Assembly: GCA_021324265.1 (NCBI GenBank)
Contig: JAJPJK010000004.1
Coordinates: 64,811-128,810 of the forward strand
Origin: Thermoproteota archaeon
Lineage (GTDB): Archaea; Thermoproteota; Thermoprotei; Gearchaeales; Gearchaeaceae
Direction: 5' to 3'
DNA: 64,000 nucleotides
Part shown: positions 20,001-30,134 of the stretch, in pieces
Layout of the letters: each line of letters starts with the position of its first letter
Position numbering within the stretch: the stretch's first letter is position 1
Program-made: the position numbers and the translations under genes
Notes under the pieces: generated by a model
Told to the model about the DNA's origin: nothing
The model's database searches: none
Seen by the model: the letters and a program-made list of their open reading frames with translations, nothing else

Positions 20001-20915
20001 ATGCGTATCTGCTCCTTTTTGCCAAGTGCAACTGAAATCCTCTATGAGCTAGGTTTGGGTGATAAGATTTATGGCGTAAGTTACGCATGTGATTACCCTC
20101 CAGAAGTCAAAAACAAACCAGTTGTAGTCAAAAGCGCAATAAATACAGCTAACATGAGTAGTGAAGAAATAGACATAATTATCAGCAAATACTATAGAGA
20201 AAAGCGAGATCTTTATGTATTGGATGAAAAATTACTGAAGGAGATTAGGCCAGATGTAATAATAGCTCAAGGAATATGTGAAGTTTGTTCTCCTCATAAC
20301 AAGGAAGTTGAAAAAGCAAGAAAAATCTTAACCAATTCACCAAAAGTTATCTCACTTGACGCTCATGATGTCGATGAAATTCTAGATAGCATCCTATATC
20401 TTTCAAGGGAACTAGGTGTGGAAAAAAGAGGAAATGAACTAGTAACATCTATGATCGAGAGAATATCATATATTCAGAAGCGTTGTCTAGAATCGAAATC
20501 AAAACCAAAAGTTCTTTGCCTAGAATGGCTCAAACCTCTATATAACGCTGGCCATTGGGTACCTCATATGGTGGAGATATGCAATGGAATTAACTGTATA
20601 GGCGCTAAAAAAATGCCTTCAAGGAGAATAATATGGGAAGAAATAAGGGAAGCGGATCCAGATATCATCATATGCATGCCTTGTGGTTTCGATTTAAAAC
20701 GCACACTTAGCGAGATAAATACTCTCGAATATAATGACGAATGGAATAAACTTAGGGCTGTGAGAAATGGAGAGGTATACGCAGTTGAGGCGAGTTCCTA
20801 TTTCAGCAGGCCTAGTCATAGAGTTGTAAAAGGCATAGAAATTCTTGCTAAAATCTTGCACCCTTACCTATTTCAAGACTTAGATGTGGACAAATACTAT
20901 AAGAAGATATATTAA
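20001..20915 (+). CDS. BtuF/cobalamin-binding-like helical-backbone protein without signal peptide
   Basis: RICSFLPSATEILYELG, CDYP, PDVIIAQGICEVC, LEWL, GHWVP, PCGF, YFSRP. Confidence 0.85.
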   Translation: MRICSFLPSATEILYELGLGDKIYGVSYACDYPPEVKNKPVVVKSAINTANMSSEEIDIIISKYYREKRDLYVLDEKLLKEIRPDVIIAQGICEVCSPHNKEVEKARKILTNSPKVISLDAHDVDEILDSILYLSRELGVEKRGNELVTSMIERISYIQKRCLESKSKPKVLCLEWLKPLYNAGHWVPHMVEICNGINCIGAKKMPSRRIIWEEIREADPDIIICMPCGFDLKRTLSEINTLEYNDEWNKLRAVRNGEVYAVEASSYFSRPSHRVVKGIEILAKILHPYLFQDLDVDKYYKKIY

Positions 20916-20939
20916 AAATTTTGATTTAACAATCATTAC

Positions 20940-21362
20940 ATGCTATCAGAAATAATAACAATAATCATCCTCACCTTAACTGGTGAATTAATTGTAGCAT
21001 TACCTGCAGCGCTAGTATTAGGTATGGATCCGCTTCAAGCATTGACAATCGTAGTCCTCACTAATATATTTCCATCGATACCAATTTTTAAATTTTTTAA
21101 TTTTTTAAATAAAAAAGAAAATAAGTTCGTTAAATTCCTTATGAAAAGAGGTGAATATCTTAAAAATAAAGGCGGAAAAGGGATAGACGTTACAGTATTG
21201 CTGATAACACCCCTAATAGGCGTATATGCGATCTCAATTATTCTTGCATTTATGAAAATTTCTAGCGTGAAAGGCATAGCGCTGCAGCTGCTCAGTTTAC
21301 TAATTTGGGGTAGCGTTATCATTGTAAGCTATTTACTAATAAAAACTTCCTTTGTTGCATAA
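20940..21362 (+). CDS. Small multi-drug export-like membrane protein
   Basis: GELIVALP, N..P, ITPLIGVY pattern; about 4 TM. Confidence 0.6.
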   Translation: MLSEIITIIILTLTGELIVALPAALVLGMDPLQALTIVVLTNIFPSIPIFKFFNFLNKKENKFVKFLMKRGEYLKNKGGKGIDVTVLLITPLIGVYAISIILAFMKISSVKGIALQLLSLLIWGSVIIVSYLLIKTSFVA

Positions 21363-21396
21363 GCAAACATTTTAACTACTACAAACTTATTTCAGT

Positions 21397-22793
21397 ATGC
21401 AATCAAGATTCTTAAACTTGATAAAGCTCATCTTCAAAACCCGCTACACAACGGCTACCCTATTCCTCTTATTTTTCTTCTTGCCATAAATTCAATAACT
21501 AGATCCTTCGAAGGAAACTATGAGATCCCTTATTTCCTAAGGTTATATTATGTGGGAATATTTATCATGCTTTGTATCATAGCTTTAGCTGCAGGAGGGT
21601 TAATACTACTGAAGTCAGACGCAGATTATTTATTAACATTACCGATATCGAAAATACAAATCATAGTGTCTTTTTTCATAATCCAGTTTTTTGCGTATAG
21701 TATACCTTTGTTATATTTACTAACTTCATTCTTTGCACTTAACAATCTAATAACAATAACTACAACCATTGCACTACTCTTGTTCTTAACTTCTTTGAGC
21801 ATAATATCATTTAGCCTTTCCCCTAAATTCAAAGCGCTAACTCTAATATTATTAGTTATTTGGCTAGCGCTCCCTTTTTTTGGGATATATTACTCTCCTT
21901 CAGGTATCTTTTTTGATACATCACCATTTGTACTTGCAATAACAGCTTCAAGTGCAGCGATTAGCCTCATTCTTTCAGCAAGAATATTAATGAATACTGA
22001 ACTTGAACTGGCCAAAAAAACTGTATCTCTAACTTCTGGGAATGTGAAAAATGGAATTTCATTCGTGGGGTCTAAAGGAATGAAAGCGATCAGTAAATTT
22101 TACAACTCAGGCTTTATGCTTACGCTTAGGATGAATCTAATGGGCATATCAAGAATATCAACAGTAAGAGTAAATCTTAAATATCTCCTTTTAGCTACAA
22201 GCATTTTGAGTTTAATATTTGTAATCCTTTTTAACTTGTTTATATCAAAATATGGAGCAGTAAAACTTTCAGTTTTCTCAGTTCTGCCAACTATTAGCCT
22301 TTTAATAGGAGTTTTGTTCACTGCAGGTACATTGAGTCATGAAAGGATATGGCTAGCTTTCACCTCCACTGATCCTGCTTTATACTTGAGACAAGTATTC
22401 ATTTCAAGATTCCTTACAGTTTTACTTCTCTTCTTACCTTTTTCAGTTGCGAGCACATATCTTTATTTAACTGGAATTCATGAAGGTTTGAACCTTATAT
22501 TGGTTTATTTGGTCTTAATACCTTCTTTCAGCTCTATTTTTATATTTATAACCAACTGGATAAGACCGGTTCAAATTAAAGAAGAGACATACACAGCTAC
22601 CCAACTCACGCTTAGAGACGTAATGATAATGTTCTTCTTCTTTTTAGTATGGGCAATAGGCATTCTTTCAATAATACAAATAATCGCAATAGCCTCTAGT
22701 GTTTTCTTCCTTTCCTTATTCCTGTATCTAACTAACAGAAAAGATATTTTGAGAAATTTGGCTTATAAACTTGCAGAGAACGGTTTTATTTGA
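21397..22793 (+). CDS. Putative ABC exporter permease, frameshifted near the 5' end
   Basis: KSDADYLLTLP and ERIWLAFTS motifs, multi-TM; ATG at 21397 joins the 21552 frame if the T5 run at 21472-21476 is T6. Confidence 0.65.
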
Positions 22794-22840
22794 TAACTTT
22801 TTTAAAATATCTTTATATACATACATTTTTGAAATATCAC

Positions 22841-23365
22841 ATGACTCTAAGGGATGGTAAATTACTTGGAGGAATTGGGGCAATATTGCTATTGATACCA
22901 TACTTGGATCTCGTCGGTTTTATTTTGGTATTAATAGGGCTTAAATTCATTTCAGATGAGGTCAAAAGACCAAGCATATTCAACAACGCATTGTATGCAG
23001 TGATCCTTGGAATAATTGGCCTTGGAATAATTGCTATTTCAGGCTTCTCCATAATAGGATCTTTATTCATTAACATATTTGCTCTATTATTTACTGCAAT
23101 ACTGATTGCTGTAGGAGCAGTTATTTTGATATTAGGTATGTGGTTTTTCAGGAGAGCCTTAGATGAAACAGGAGATACCTTTAATCAAAGCTATTTTAAA
23201 ACAGCAGGCTTGCTATTTTTTATAGGAGCTATACTAGCGATAACAATAATAGGTTTCATAGTGACTTTTATACTCTTTTTAATAGCTGCTATATTTCTTA
23301 TACTTGCATTCTTTTCCCTACCCGACCAATACACTCCTCCAGCACAGCCTGCTCCAACTCCCTAA
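22841..23365 (+). CDS. DUF996 family membrane protein
   Basis: KLLGGIGAIL, GFILVLIGLK.ISD, FKTAGLL, LAFFSLP; TTTATATA box supports ATG 22841 (track start 22790). Confidence 0.8.
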   Translation: MTLRDGKLLGGIGAILLLIPYLDLVGFILVLIGLKFISDEVKRPSIFNNALYAVILGIIGLGIIAISGFSIIGSLFINIFALLFTAILIAVGAVILILGMWFFRRALDETGDTFNQSYFKTAGLLFFIGAILAITIIGFIVTFILFLIAAIFLILAFFSLPDQYTPPAQPAPTP

Positions 23366-23397
23366 ACTTAATATTATAGTTTTTTCTCCTTAGAACA

Positions 23398-24693
23398 ATG
23401 CAGTCAAATTTCGCTATAGCCTTAATCATCTTTTTATTAACTTACTCTGCGATCATTTACTCGAATGTAAAGAACAAAGGATACCCTATTTGGCTCATTA
23501 TGGGAATTGGAGCTTTAGCTATGGTTTTAAGTGGTGTTTTAAGAGTGGATGAGGCGTATAGCTCAATAAATCTCAGGGTGATAGTATTCCTTTTTAGCAT
23601 GCTTGTTTTCGCATCTGCATTAGAAATTTCAGGAGCAATTGAAATGTTCGCAACATATATGCTCAGTAGGGCAAGAACACCCAACATGATACTTTTAATG
23701 ATACTTCTAGGTATAGGTTTACTCTCTTCAATACTTATGAATGATACACTTGCGTTAATAGGGACACCGCTTGTGATAGAACTATCGAAGAAAATGAAGA
23801 TTTCACCAAAACCTTTGCTAATTACATTAGCCTTTTCAGTCACAATAGGAAGTGTAATGACACCTATAGGAAACCCACAAAATCTGCTTATCGCCATCGA
23901 AAGCGGAATTAAAGCTCCATTCATATTCTTTCTCTACTTCCTTGCAGTGCCAACGATTCTAAACATTTTCTTAACTTACTTTTTAATCTCAAAATATTTT
24001 TCAAACTACATGAAAGAAGCGAAGACGAATTTTAGACAGGTCATTGAATTCGATGTTAAAACTATGAAATTGAAAGATGAAAAACTAGCTAAGCTCTCAA
24101 TTGCAACACTTGTATTTACAATCTTATTCATTCTAGTTGTTAACACGCTTGAACTTTTAGGTATAAGCTTTGAATTTCAAATAAGCGAGATTTCTCTAAT
24201 AGGTGCTTTGATTCTGCTGGCTTTATCTAACAAAAGAAGAGAATTGATTTTGAGGCTCGATTGGAGTGTTCTATTGCTTTTTGCTTCTTTATTCGTTCTT
24301 ATCCAAGGTGTTTGGAACGGAGGAGTGATTGCATTCTTCGCAAGCTATCTGCCAGATCTTAACCCAAACAATAGTCTCTCAATACTTAACATACTTCTCC
24401 AAAGTACGCTGCTAAGTCAATTCATGAGTAATGTGCCAATGGTCACTTTATATTTGCCTTTAATGAAACATCTAGGATTCGAACCTTCAAACGTAAACGC
24501 ATGGATAGCTTTAGCAGCAGGAAGCACTATAGCCGGTAATCTGACTTTAATAGGAGCTGCAAGCAATTTAATCATTTGCGAAGCCGCAGAAACAAGAGGA
24601 TTCAGACTTGGGTTTACAGAATTCCTAAAAATTGGCCTCCCTGTAACCATTATGAATTTATTGATACTTTATCCTTTTCTTGTGCTTTTATAG
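23398..24693 (+). CDS. ArsB/NhaD/SLC13 (IT superfamily) anion permease
   Basis: LMNDT, TIGSVMTPIGNPQN, SNVP, STIAGNLTLIGAASN. Confidence 0.9.
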   Translation: MQSNFAIALIIFLLTYSAIIYSNVKNKGYPIWLIMGIGALAMVLSGVLRVDEAYSSINLRVIVFLFSMLVFASALEISGAIEMFATYMLSRARTPNMILLMILLGIGLLSSILMNDTLALIGTPLVIELSKKMKISPKPLLITLAFSVTIGSVMTPIGNPQNLLIAIESGIKAPFIFFLYFLAVPTILNIFLTYFLISKYFSNYMKEAKTNFRQVIEFDVKTMKLKDEKLAKLSIATLVFTILFILVVNTLELLGISFEFQISEISLIGALILLALSNKRRELILRLDWSVLLLFASLFVLIQGVWNGGVIAFFASYLPDLNPNNSLSILNILLQSTLLSQFMSNVPMVTLYLPLMKHLGFEPSNVNAWIALAAGSTIAGNLTLIGAASNLIICEAAETRGFRLGFTEFLKIGLPVTIMNLLILYPFLVLL

Positions 24694-24731
24694 CTTATAA
24701 AACTTTATATTAGAAATTTCAATTCAAGGTT

Positions 24732-25256
24732 GTGAAAAGGAGTCAGAGAAATGTCATAATCGCTTCAGTTGTTTTGATATTCATAGCTGGAATTTTGTTA
24801 TTGACTTTACAAGGCCAGCAAAGTTCTGGCGGTCAAGCCATTGATTTACAGCTACCAGTCATCAACGCAAATGGTCTTACAGGATCGACTGCGAGACTTT
24901 CAGATTTTAAAGGAAATGTAATATTCTTGGAATTCGCAGTAGAATGGTGCCCCCACTGTAGGAATATGGTTGGTACTATCTCACAACTTTACAATAACTT
25001 CCATAACAAAGGAGTTGTTTTCATTACCATAATGCTGAGCGCAAACACTGATATAAATAAGACTGCACAGTTCATTAAGCAATACGGTATTACTTGGTTA
25101 AGCCTATATGATATTAACGGCGAAGCTCAAACTAAATATAATATACAGTACACACCCACTTTCATAATTATAGACAAAAACTTCAATATAAGTTACAAAA
25201 CTGAAGGAGAGACTTCCTATGATACCTTAGCAAACCAGCTTTCAAAGCTGCTATAG
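24732..25256 (+). CDS. Membrane-anchored TlpA/ResA-like thioredoxin
   Basis: N-terminal TM, LSDFKG, WCPHC, cis-Pro motif YTPT. Confidence 0.88.
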   Translation: MKRSQRNVIIASVVLIFIAGILLLTLQGQQSSGGQAIDLQLPVINANGLTGSTARLSDFKGNVIFLEFAVEWCPHCRNMVGTISQLYNNFHNKGVVFITIMLSANTDINKTAQFIKQYGITWLSLYDINGEAQTKYNIQYTPTFIIIDKNFNISYKTEGETSYDTLANQLSKLL

Positions 25257-25294
25257 TCATGATATTCTAGCAAAAACAATGAATAAAATTTGAA

Positions 25295-26497
25295 ATGCTA
25301 AAGGAGGAAATTGTGTCTATCCACAAGGGAGAAATACTTCTTGTTAGCGGGCCTTGTCAAGCCAAGCTATTCAGCGGAAAAGCTCATTGCTTAGGCAAAG
25401 GATTTAAAGAACTCATCGTAAGGAAGGGGAAGAGCTTACCCATAGAAACTGAAGAAGAAATAGCTTCTATAAAGCTTACTTTATACGAGACGGCAAATTA
25501 CGAAATACATAAGGGAGGAATAGGCTATTCAATATGGAAGGATGAACTTAAAAAATACTATAATGGGCTTGGTAAAGAAATAAAAACTATAGCAGTTCTT
25601 GGTCCCACCGATTCGGGAAAAAGTACATTGACAGTGATATTATCAAATTTAGCTCTTTCACAAAAAATAAAAGTAGGCATAATAGATGGCGATATTGGCC
25701 AAGCAGACTTAACTCCACCCTGTTTTATAGGATGCAAACTTTTAAAAGAAGAACTATTCGATCTAAGAGATACACAAGCTGACTTCATTTTGCCAATAGG
25801 ATTCGTAGATGTTAGCTTAAACGAAGAATTGGTAATTGAGTCAATAAAAAAAGGAAAAGATCTTCTTAAGGATGCGGAACTGATAATAATAAATACTGAT
25901 GGCTTTATAGAAGGAGCAGGCCTAACATATAAGATTAAAATGTTAAAAGAGCTACAACCTGATCTTATCTTTTTAATAGACAATGAAAATTTGAAAAATG
26001 CTTTTTCAAATCTAGGAATAAAGCTAGCGACGCTAAGCGCACCTAAAGGTGTTATGAAGAGCAAGGAGACGAGAATCCAGAGGAGAGAGATGCAATATGC
26101 CAAATTCATAAGCACCAACAACAGAATTGTTTTGGAAATAAAAAATCTGAATTTAGGTTTCCTTGGGAAAAAATTTTCTGGATGGTTTGAAGAAGGTGGA
26201 ATTTATACGCTTTATGATGAAACAAATCAAAAAATGAGGATATTCCACTCAGAAGAATCAACGATAATTGTAAATAGCGCTTTCAAATCTATCAACTTAC
26301 CTCTTAGTGCGTTTGAAAATATGCTCGTCGGAATAGAAAAAGAAGGTAAGATACAGGGTTTTGGGATAATTGAAAAGATCATCGATAATAAAATTAGGTT
26401 GATAACTGATATGAAACCTAAAATCGATACTCTATGGCTAACCGTTATTAAACTGATTAATTGGAATGAACAAAAAATCAGAATCTTAAGAATATAG
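25295..26497 (+). CDS. Clp1/Grc3/Nol9-type polynucleotide 5'-hydroxyl kinase
   Basis: GPTDSGKST Walker A, DGDIGQ, INTDG, Arg lid RIQRRE. Confidence 0.88.
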   Translation: MLKEEIVSIHKGEILLVSGPCQAKLFSGKAHCLGKGFKELIVRKGKSLPIETEEEIASIKLTLYETANYEIHKGGIGYSIWKDELKKYYNGLGKEIKTIAVLGPTDSGKSTLTVILSNLALSQKIKVGIIDGDIGQADLTPPCFIGCKLLKEELFDLRDTQADFILPIGFVDVSLNEELVIESIKKGKDLLKDAELIIINTDGFIEGAGLTYKIKMLKELQPDLIFLIDNENLKNAFSNLGIKLATLSAPKGVMKSKETRIQRREMQYAKFISTNNRIVLEIKNLNLGFLGKKFSGWFEEGGIYTLYDETNQKMRIFHSEESTIIVNSAFKSINLPLSAFENMLVGIEKEGKIQGFGIIEKIIDNKIRLITDMKPKIDTLWLTVIKLINWNEQKIRILRI

Positions 26498-27715
26498 AAA
26501 TTTACCCAGATCAATATCTTCTCTTGAGAATATACCTATATCCTTAATCTCGAATCTTTTCTTAATCAATTCTTTGGCTACATTTAAGTCTTTGAAAGTG
26601 TTTACTGCAAGAACAGAATTTAGAACCGAATTATCGAAGTAGAATTTAAGAAAGCCTGTCTTTAGATCAATCTCACCCCTCCTAACGCTTTGGAACTTGT
26701 TATTTAACTCCCCATAAACATATACGCTCAACTCAGCCATACGTGAAAAGAAATAAGGGAGCTCATCGAAAGCTTGTCTTTCACCAGCCATGTTCTTTCC
26801 GGCAATCTTTCCGTGCTTTACTGCGACGTCATAGTGTTCTACGCGCATATATTTCTTAAAAATCGGGCTATAGAACATCGCTATGTCTCCAGCAGCATAT
26901 ATATCCTGCACACTAGTTTCGAGAAATTCATTCGTAATTACGCCATTATCTACTTTGATACCCGCGTTTCTAGCTAGATCTACATTTGGATTTATCCCTA
27001 CACCTATTAGCGCGAAATCTGCTTCTATGACCTCACCGTTATTCGTCTCAACAGCTTTTATTTTACCATTCTCTCCTATAATACGTGAAGCTGAAGTATT
27101 TGTATATATTTTAACACCTTTACTTTTAAGGAAATTCTCAATAATTATTGACATCTCTTCGTCAAGAACGCGAGAAAGCAGATGAGGCGTAAGCTCAAGC
27201 ATAGTTACTTCTATGTTTTTCTTAGCTAAGACTGAAGCAACTTCACAGCCTATGAAGCCACCACCAATAATAACAGCCTTCTTAGTACTGCTCAACCAAT
27301 CTTTTATCATATCACAGTCAGCAAGTGATCGAAGATGAAATACGCCCTTCAAGTCTGAGCCCTCTATTTTCAATCTTCTTGGAGTACCTCCCGTTGCAAT
27401 GAGGAGTTTTTCATAATGAACCCAGTTTCCGTCATTCAACTTTACTCGTTTATTGCTCGGATCTATCTCAACAGCACTTTTACCTAAGATAAGCTCAATT
27501 TTATTCTTATCATAGAAATCTTGTTTTTTAAGAAAAATGCTTTCCCGCTTTATCCTTCCTTCAAGATATCCCTTCGAAAGTACAGTCCTATCATATGGAA
27601 GAGTACTTTCCTGTGAAATGATGGCAAGTGCTCCTTCTTTGTCTTTCTCTCTAATACTTTGAGCAGCATAAAAGCCTGAAATCCCTCCACCCAATATAAG
27701 ATAACGGTAATTCAT
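26486..27715 (-). CDS. FAD-dependent NAD(P)H oxidoreductase (ferredoxin reductase/MDHAR-like)
   Basis: GGGISG, PYDRTVLSK, LIATG, GGGFIGCE, IYAAGD, RVEH, PYFFS. Confidence 0.9.
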   Translation of the reverse strand: MNYRYLILGGGISGFYAAQSIREKDKEGALAIISQESTLPYDRTVLSKGYLEGRIKRESIFLKKQDFYDKNKIELILGKSAVEIDPSNKRVKLNDGNWVHYEKLLIATGGTPRRLKIEGSDLKGVFHLRSLADCDMIKDWLSSTKKAVIIGGGFIGCEVASVLAKKNIEVTMLELTPHLLSRVLDEEMSIIIENFLKSKGVKIYTNTSASRIIGENGKIKAVETNNGEVIEADFALIGVGINPNVDLARNAGIKVDNGVITNEFLETSVQDIYAAGDIAMFYSPIFKKYMRVEHYDVAVKHGKIAGKNMAGERQAFDELPYFFSRMAELSVYVYGELNNKFQSVRRGEIDLKTGFLKFYFDNSVLNSVLAVNTFKDLNVAKELIKKRFEIKDIGIFSREDIDLGKFLYS

Positions 27716-28530
27716 CTAAGCTTGAGATTTTTCCAAAGATCTCTGTCACCCCAAAGTCCTAATCTCCATGCGTTAAATTCTACAATCTGTGAATGGTCGA
27801 TGAATACATTAACATCTCTACCTACATTCTTAATATACCATTTGAAAACTGGAGGATCAGCAGCTTCAAACATAAGCTTTTCATAACCGAATTTAGCAAT
27901 CATTTCCTTAATTACATCTAACCTCCATTTTTCAGGGGGAAGATCCTCAGTAAGGCCCTCAGATTCTATCATGAGCATCTCAACATTGCTTGCCAAAAAT
28001 TTCTCTATTTCTTTGAAGAAATCATCTAGAGCGCGTAGTTCAAGCTCATAACCTATTATATGGGTACCTCCTCCCGCACCTTTCATTAGGGAAATTTCTG
28101 GCTTCGCTTTCATGGACCTTTTCTGAACTTCCTTAACTAGACTTAACTTATAATCAAGTGGCATGTCTATGAATCCACTAGATATTTCCACTACATCGAA
28201 ACCCAAGCTCTTGCATTCTTCTAAGTATTGTTCAACAGCTTTTTCACCCTGAAGTATTACACGTTCAATCATCCCTCCTGTAGATACATATACTCCATAA
28301 TCATGGCAAAGGTTGATTATCTCTCGAACACGATCATAATTGAGTAATCTCTGAGAACCCCCTGCAAATTTGAAACCATCAAAATACTCTGACCAATCTT
28401 CCAAAAGCCCCTTTAAATAACTCAAAGATACTGAAGTATAATACGGTCCACGGATTTCAACGACAGCTTTTTTTCTAGGCTTTGGAGGTAATTCATGTAT
28501 CTTTAAAAAGTCGAAAGCTTTTCTTGTCAT
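27712..28530 (-). CDS. comA: Phosphosulfolactate synthase family protein (HSA32-like branch)
   Basis: KPR...EIRGPYY, GFKFAGGS, VSTGG, EISSG, KPE, MIESEG, MFEAA, NVFIDHSQ. Confidence 0.85.
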   Translation of the reverse strand: MTRKAFDFLKIHELPPKPRKKAVVEIRGPYYTSVSLSYLKGLLEDWSEYFDGFKFAGGSQRLLNYDRVREIINLCHDYGVYVSTGGMIERVILQGEKAVEQYLEECKSLGFDVVEISSGFIDMPLDYKLSLVKEVQKRSMKAKPEISLMKGAGGGTHIIGYELELRALDDFFKEIEKFLASNVEMLMIESEGLTEDLPPEKWRLDVIKEMIAKFGYEKLMFEAADPPVFKWYIKNVGRDVNVFIDHSQIVEFNAWRLGLWGDRDLWKNLKLR

Positions 28531-28553
28531 GAGTTTTTAACTAAGCTATATGA

Positions 28554-29321
28554 CTAATAAGAATTTTTGAAGAATAAGGTTCGTGCATTCTTAGTCGTTA
28601 TTTGACATACTTCATCATAAGAAACTTTTTTAATCTCAGCTATTTTACCAGCCGAGATGACTACATTCGATGGAGTATTCCTCATTCCTTTCTCAGGACC
28701 CAATACAGGCGAATCGCTTTCAAGCATTAGATTTTCCAAAGGTAGGTGCCTTACGAGCTTTTGCTTTTGCTCAGATCTTACAATTGATGGCGGTATGGAA
28801 AAGTAGAAACCACGCTTCGCTCCTTCAATAGCATAACCAACTGAACCATCGAAAGCATGCATCAAGACTTGCTCTGCGCCAGCTTCTATCAACATATTTA
28901 TAGCATACTTTCCAGCGCTTCTAGAATGAACTACAATAGGCATTCTCATTTCCTTAGCAAATTCTATCCATTTCCTGAAGATAGCTTTGTTCCTTTCTTG
29001 CAATGCATCATTCCTAAATATGAAAAAATCCAAACCTACTTCTCCTATACCGATGATACGCTCTTTGTTCTTCGTTATGTAATCCATTACCCAGCTTACC
29101 TTTTCTTCGTCTAAAAGCGAATAATCGAGCCCAACTGTACAATAAACAAACCCTTTGTATTTTTCAACGATAGCTTCAGTTTTCTTTATAGATTTCTCAT
29201 CCAGAGCTGAGGTCACTATGCAAGAAACACCTACTTTTTTTGCATTTTCCAAGACTTTATCTAAGTCTGAGCCAAAGGCGTCATCATCGATATGACAGTG
29301 AACATCAATTAATTCAGGCAT
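28554..29321 (-). CDS. tatD: TatD family nuclease
   Basis: DVHCH, IGEVGLD, VHSR, MHAF, LESDSP. Confidence 0.92.
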   Translation of the reverse strand: MPELIDVHCHIDDDAFGSDLDKVLENAKKVGVSCIVTSALDEKSIKKTEAIVEKYKGFVYCTVGLDYSLLDEEKVSWVMDYITKNKERIIGIGEVGLDFFIFRNDALQERNKAIFRKWIEFAKEMRMPIVVHSRSAGKYAINMLIEAGAEQVLMHAFDGSVGYAIEGAKRGFYFSIPPSIVRSEQKQKLVRHLPLENLMLESDSPVLGPEKGMRNTPSNVVISAGKIAEIKKVSYDEVCQITTKNARTLFFKNSY

Positions 29322-29498
29322 ACATTACAACTCCCGTAATCGGTCATAAGTTTAACTATTTGCGGAATCACCAATCTATTCCAAGAGAGTTTAGCTCCTA
29401 TAACTAATCTTGAATATGAATAGTTTATCTGCCGCGAACAAGTCTTTTGCGTAGAAATATGAATAAATTTATTTTATGAAACGAACCATAAAAAGACA

Positions 29499-30107
29499 AT
29501 GGGTATATTAGAACTGATATCGTCTTTCATTCAAGGGTTTTTGTATGGATTCTCTCTCGCTGCACCTCCGGGTCCAATGAATGCGCTAATAGCGAACAGA
29601 TCACTTCTCTCCTTCAAAACCGGATTTTTAACCGGATTGGGAGCTATGACAGCTGATTTCATCTTTATGATAATAACTTATCTTGCATATGATACCGTTA
29701 AAGCCTTTCCTCTTGTCCCCATATACATCATTGGAGGCTTGTATATGCTCTACCTAGCTATAAGTATCCTTAAGTCAAAGGAAAACCTTAACGAGAACAG
29801 GAAGCAAACCAAAGCAGGAAATTCCTTCATGACATCCCTCGCATTAGGAATTTCAAATCCATATCAAATATTATGGTGGCTAACAGCAGGACTTTCTTTC
29901 ATTGCAATTTTTGGTCCTATGGCAGTGGTGGGATTATTTTCTGCAATTGCAGTTTGGATTACGATATTTCCCATGAGTATAAGAATGGGTTATGGCTTTA
30001 AACAAAGGCTAACGATACTTTTAATTAAGGGATTCTCTTTTGTAGTCTTATTAGTTTTCGCTATACTCATTTTGGTGGAGGGGTTATCCTCAATAATAAA
30101 CCTCTAA
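29499..30107 (+). CDS. LysE family amino acid exporter
   Basis: SLAAPPGPMN, GAMTAD, SNPYQILWW. Confidence 0.9.
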   Translation: MGILELISSFIQGFLYGFSLAAPPGPMNALIANRSLLSFKTGFLTGLGAMTADFIFMIITYLAYDTVKAFPLVPIYIIGGLYMLYLAISILKSKENLNENRKQTKAGNSFMTSLALGISNPYQILWWLTAGLSFIAIFGPMAVVGLFSAIAVWITIFPMSIRMGYGFKQRLTILLIKGFSFVVLLVFAILILVEGLSSIINL

Positions 30108-30134
30108 ATACCTGAAAACGAATTAATTCAAAAT

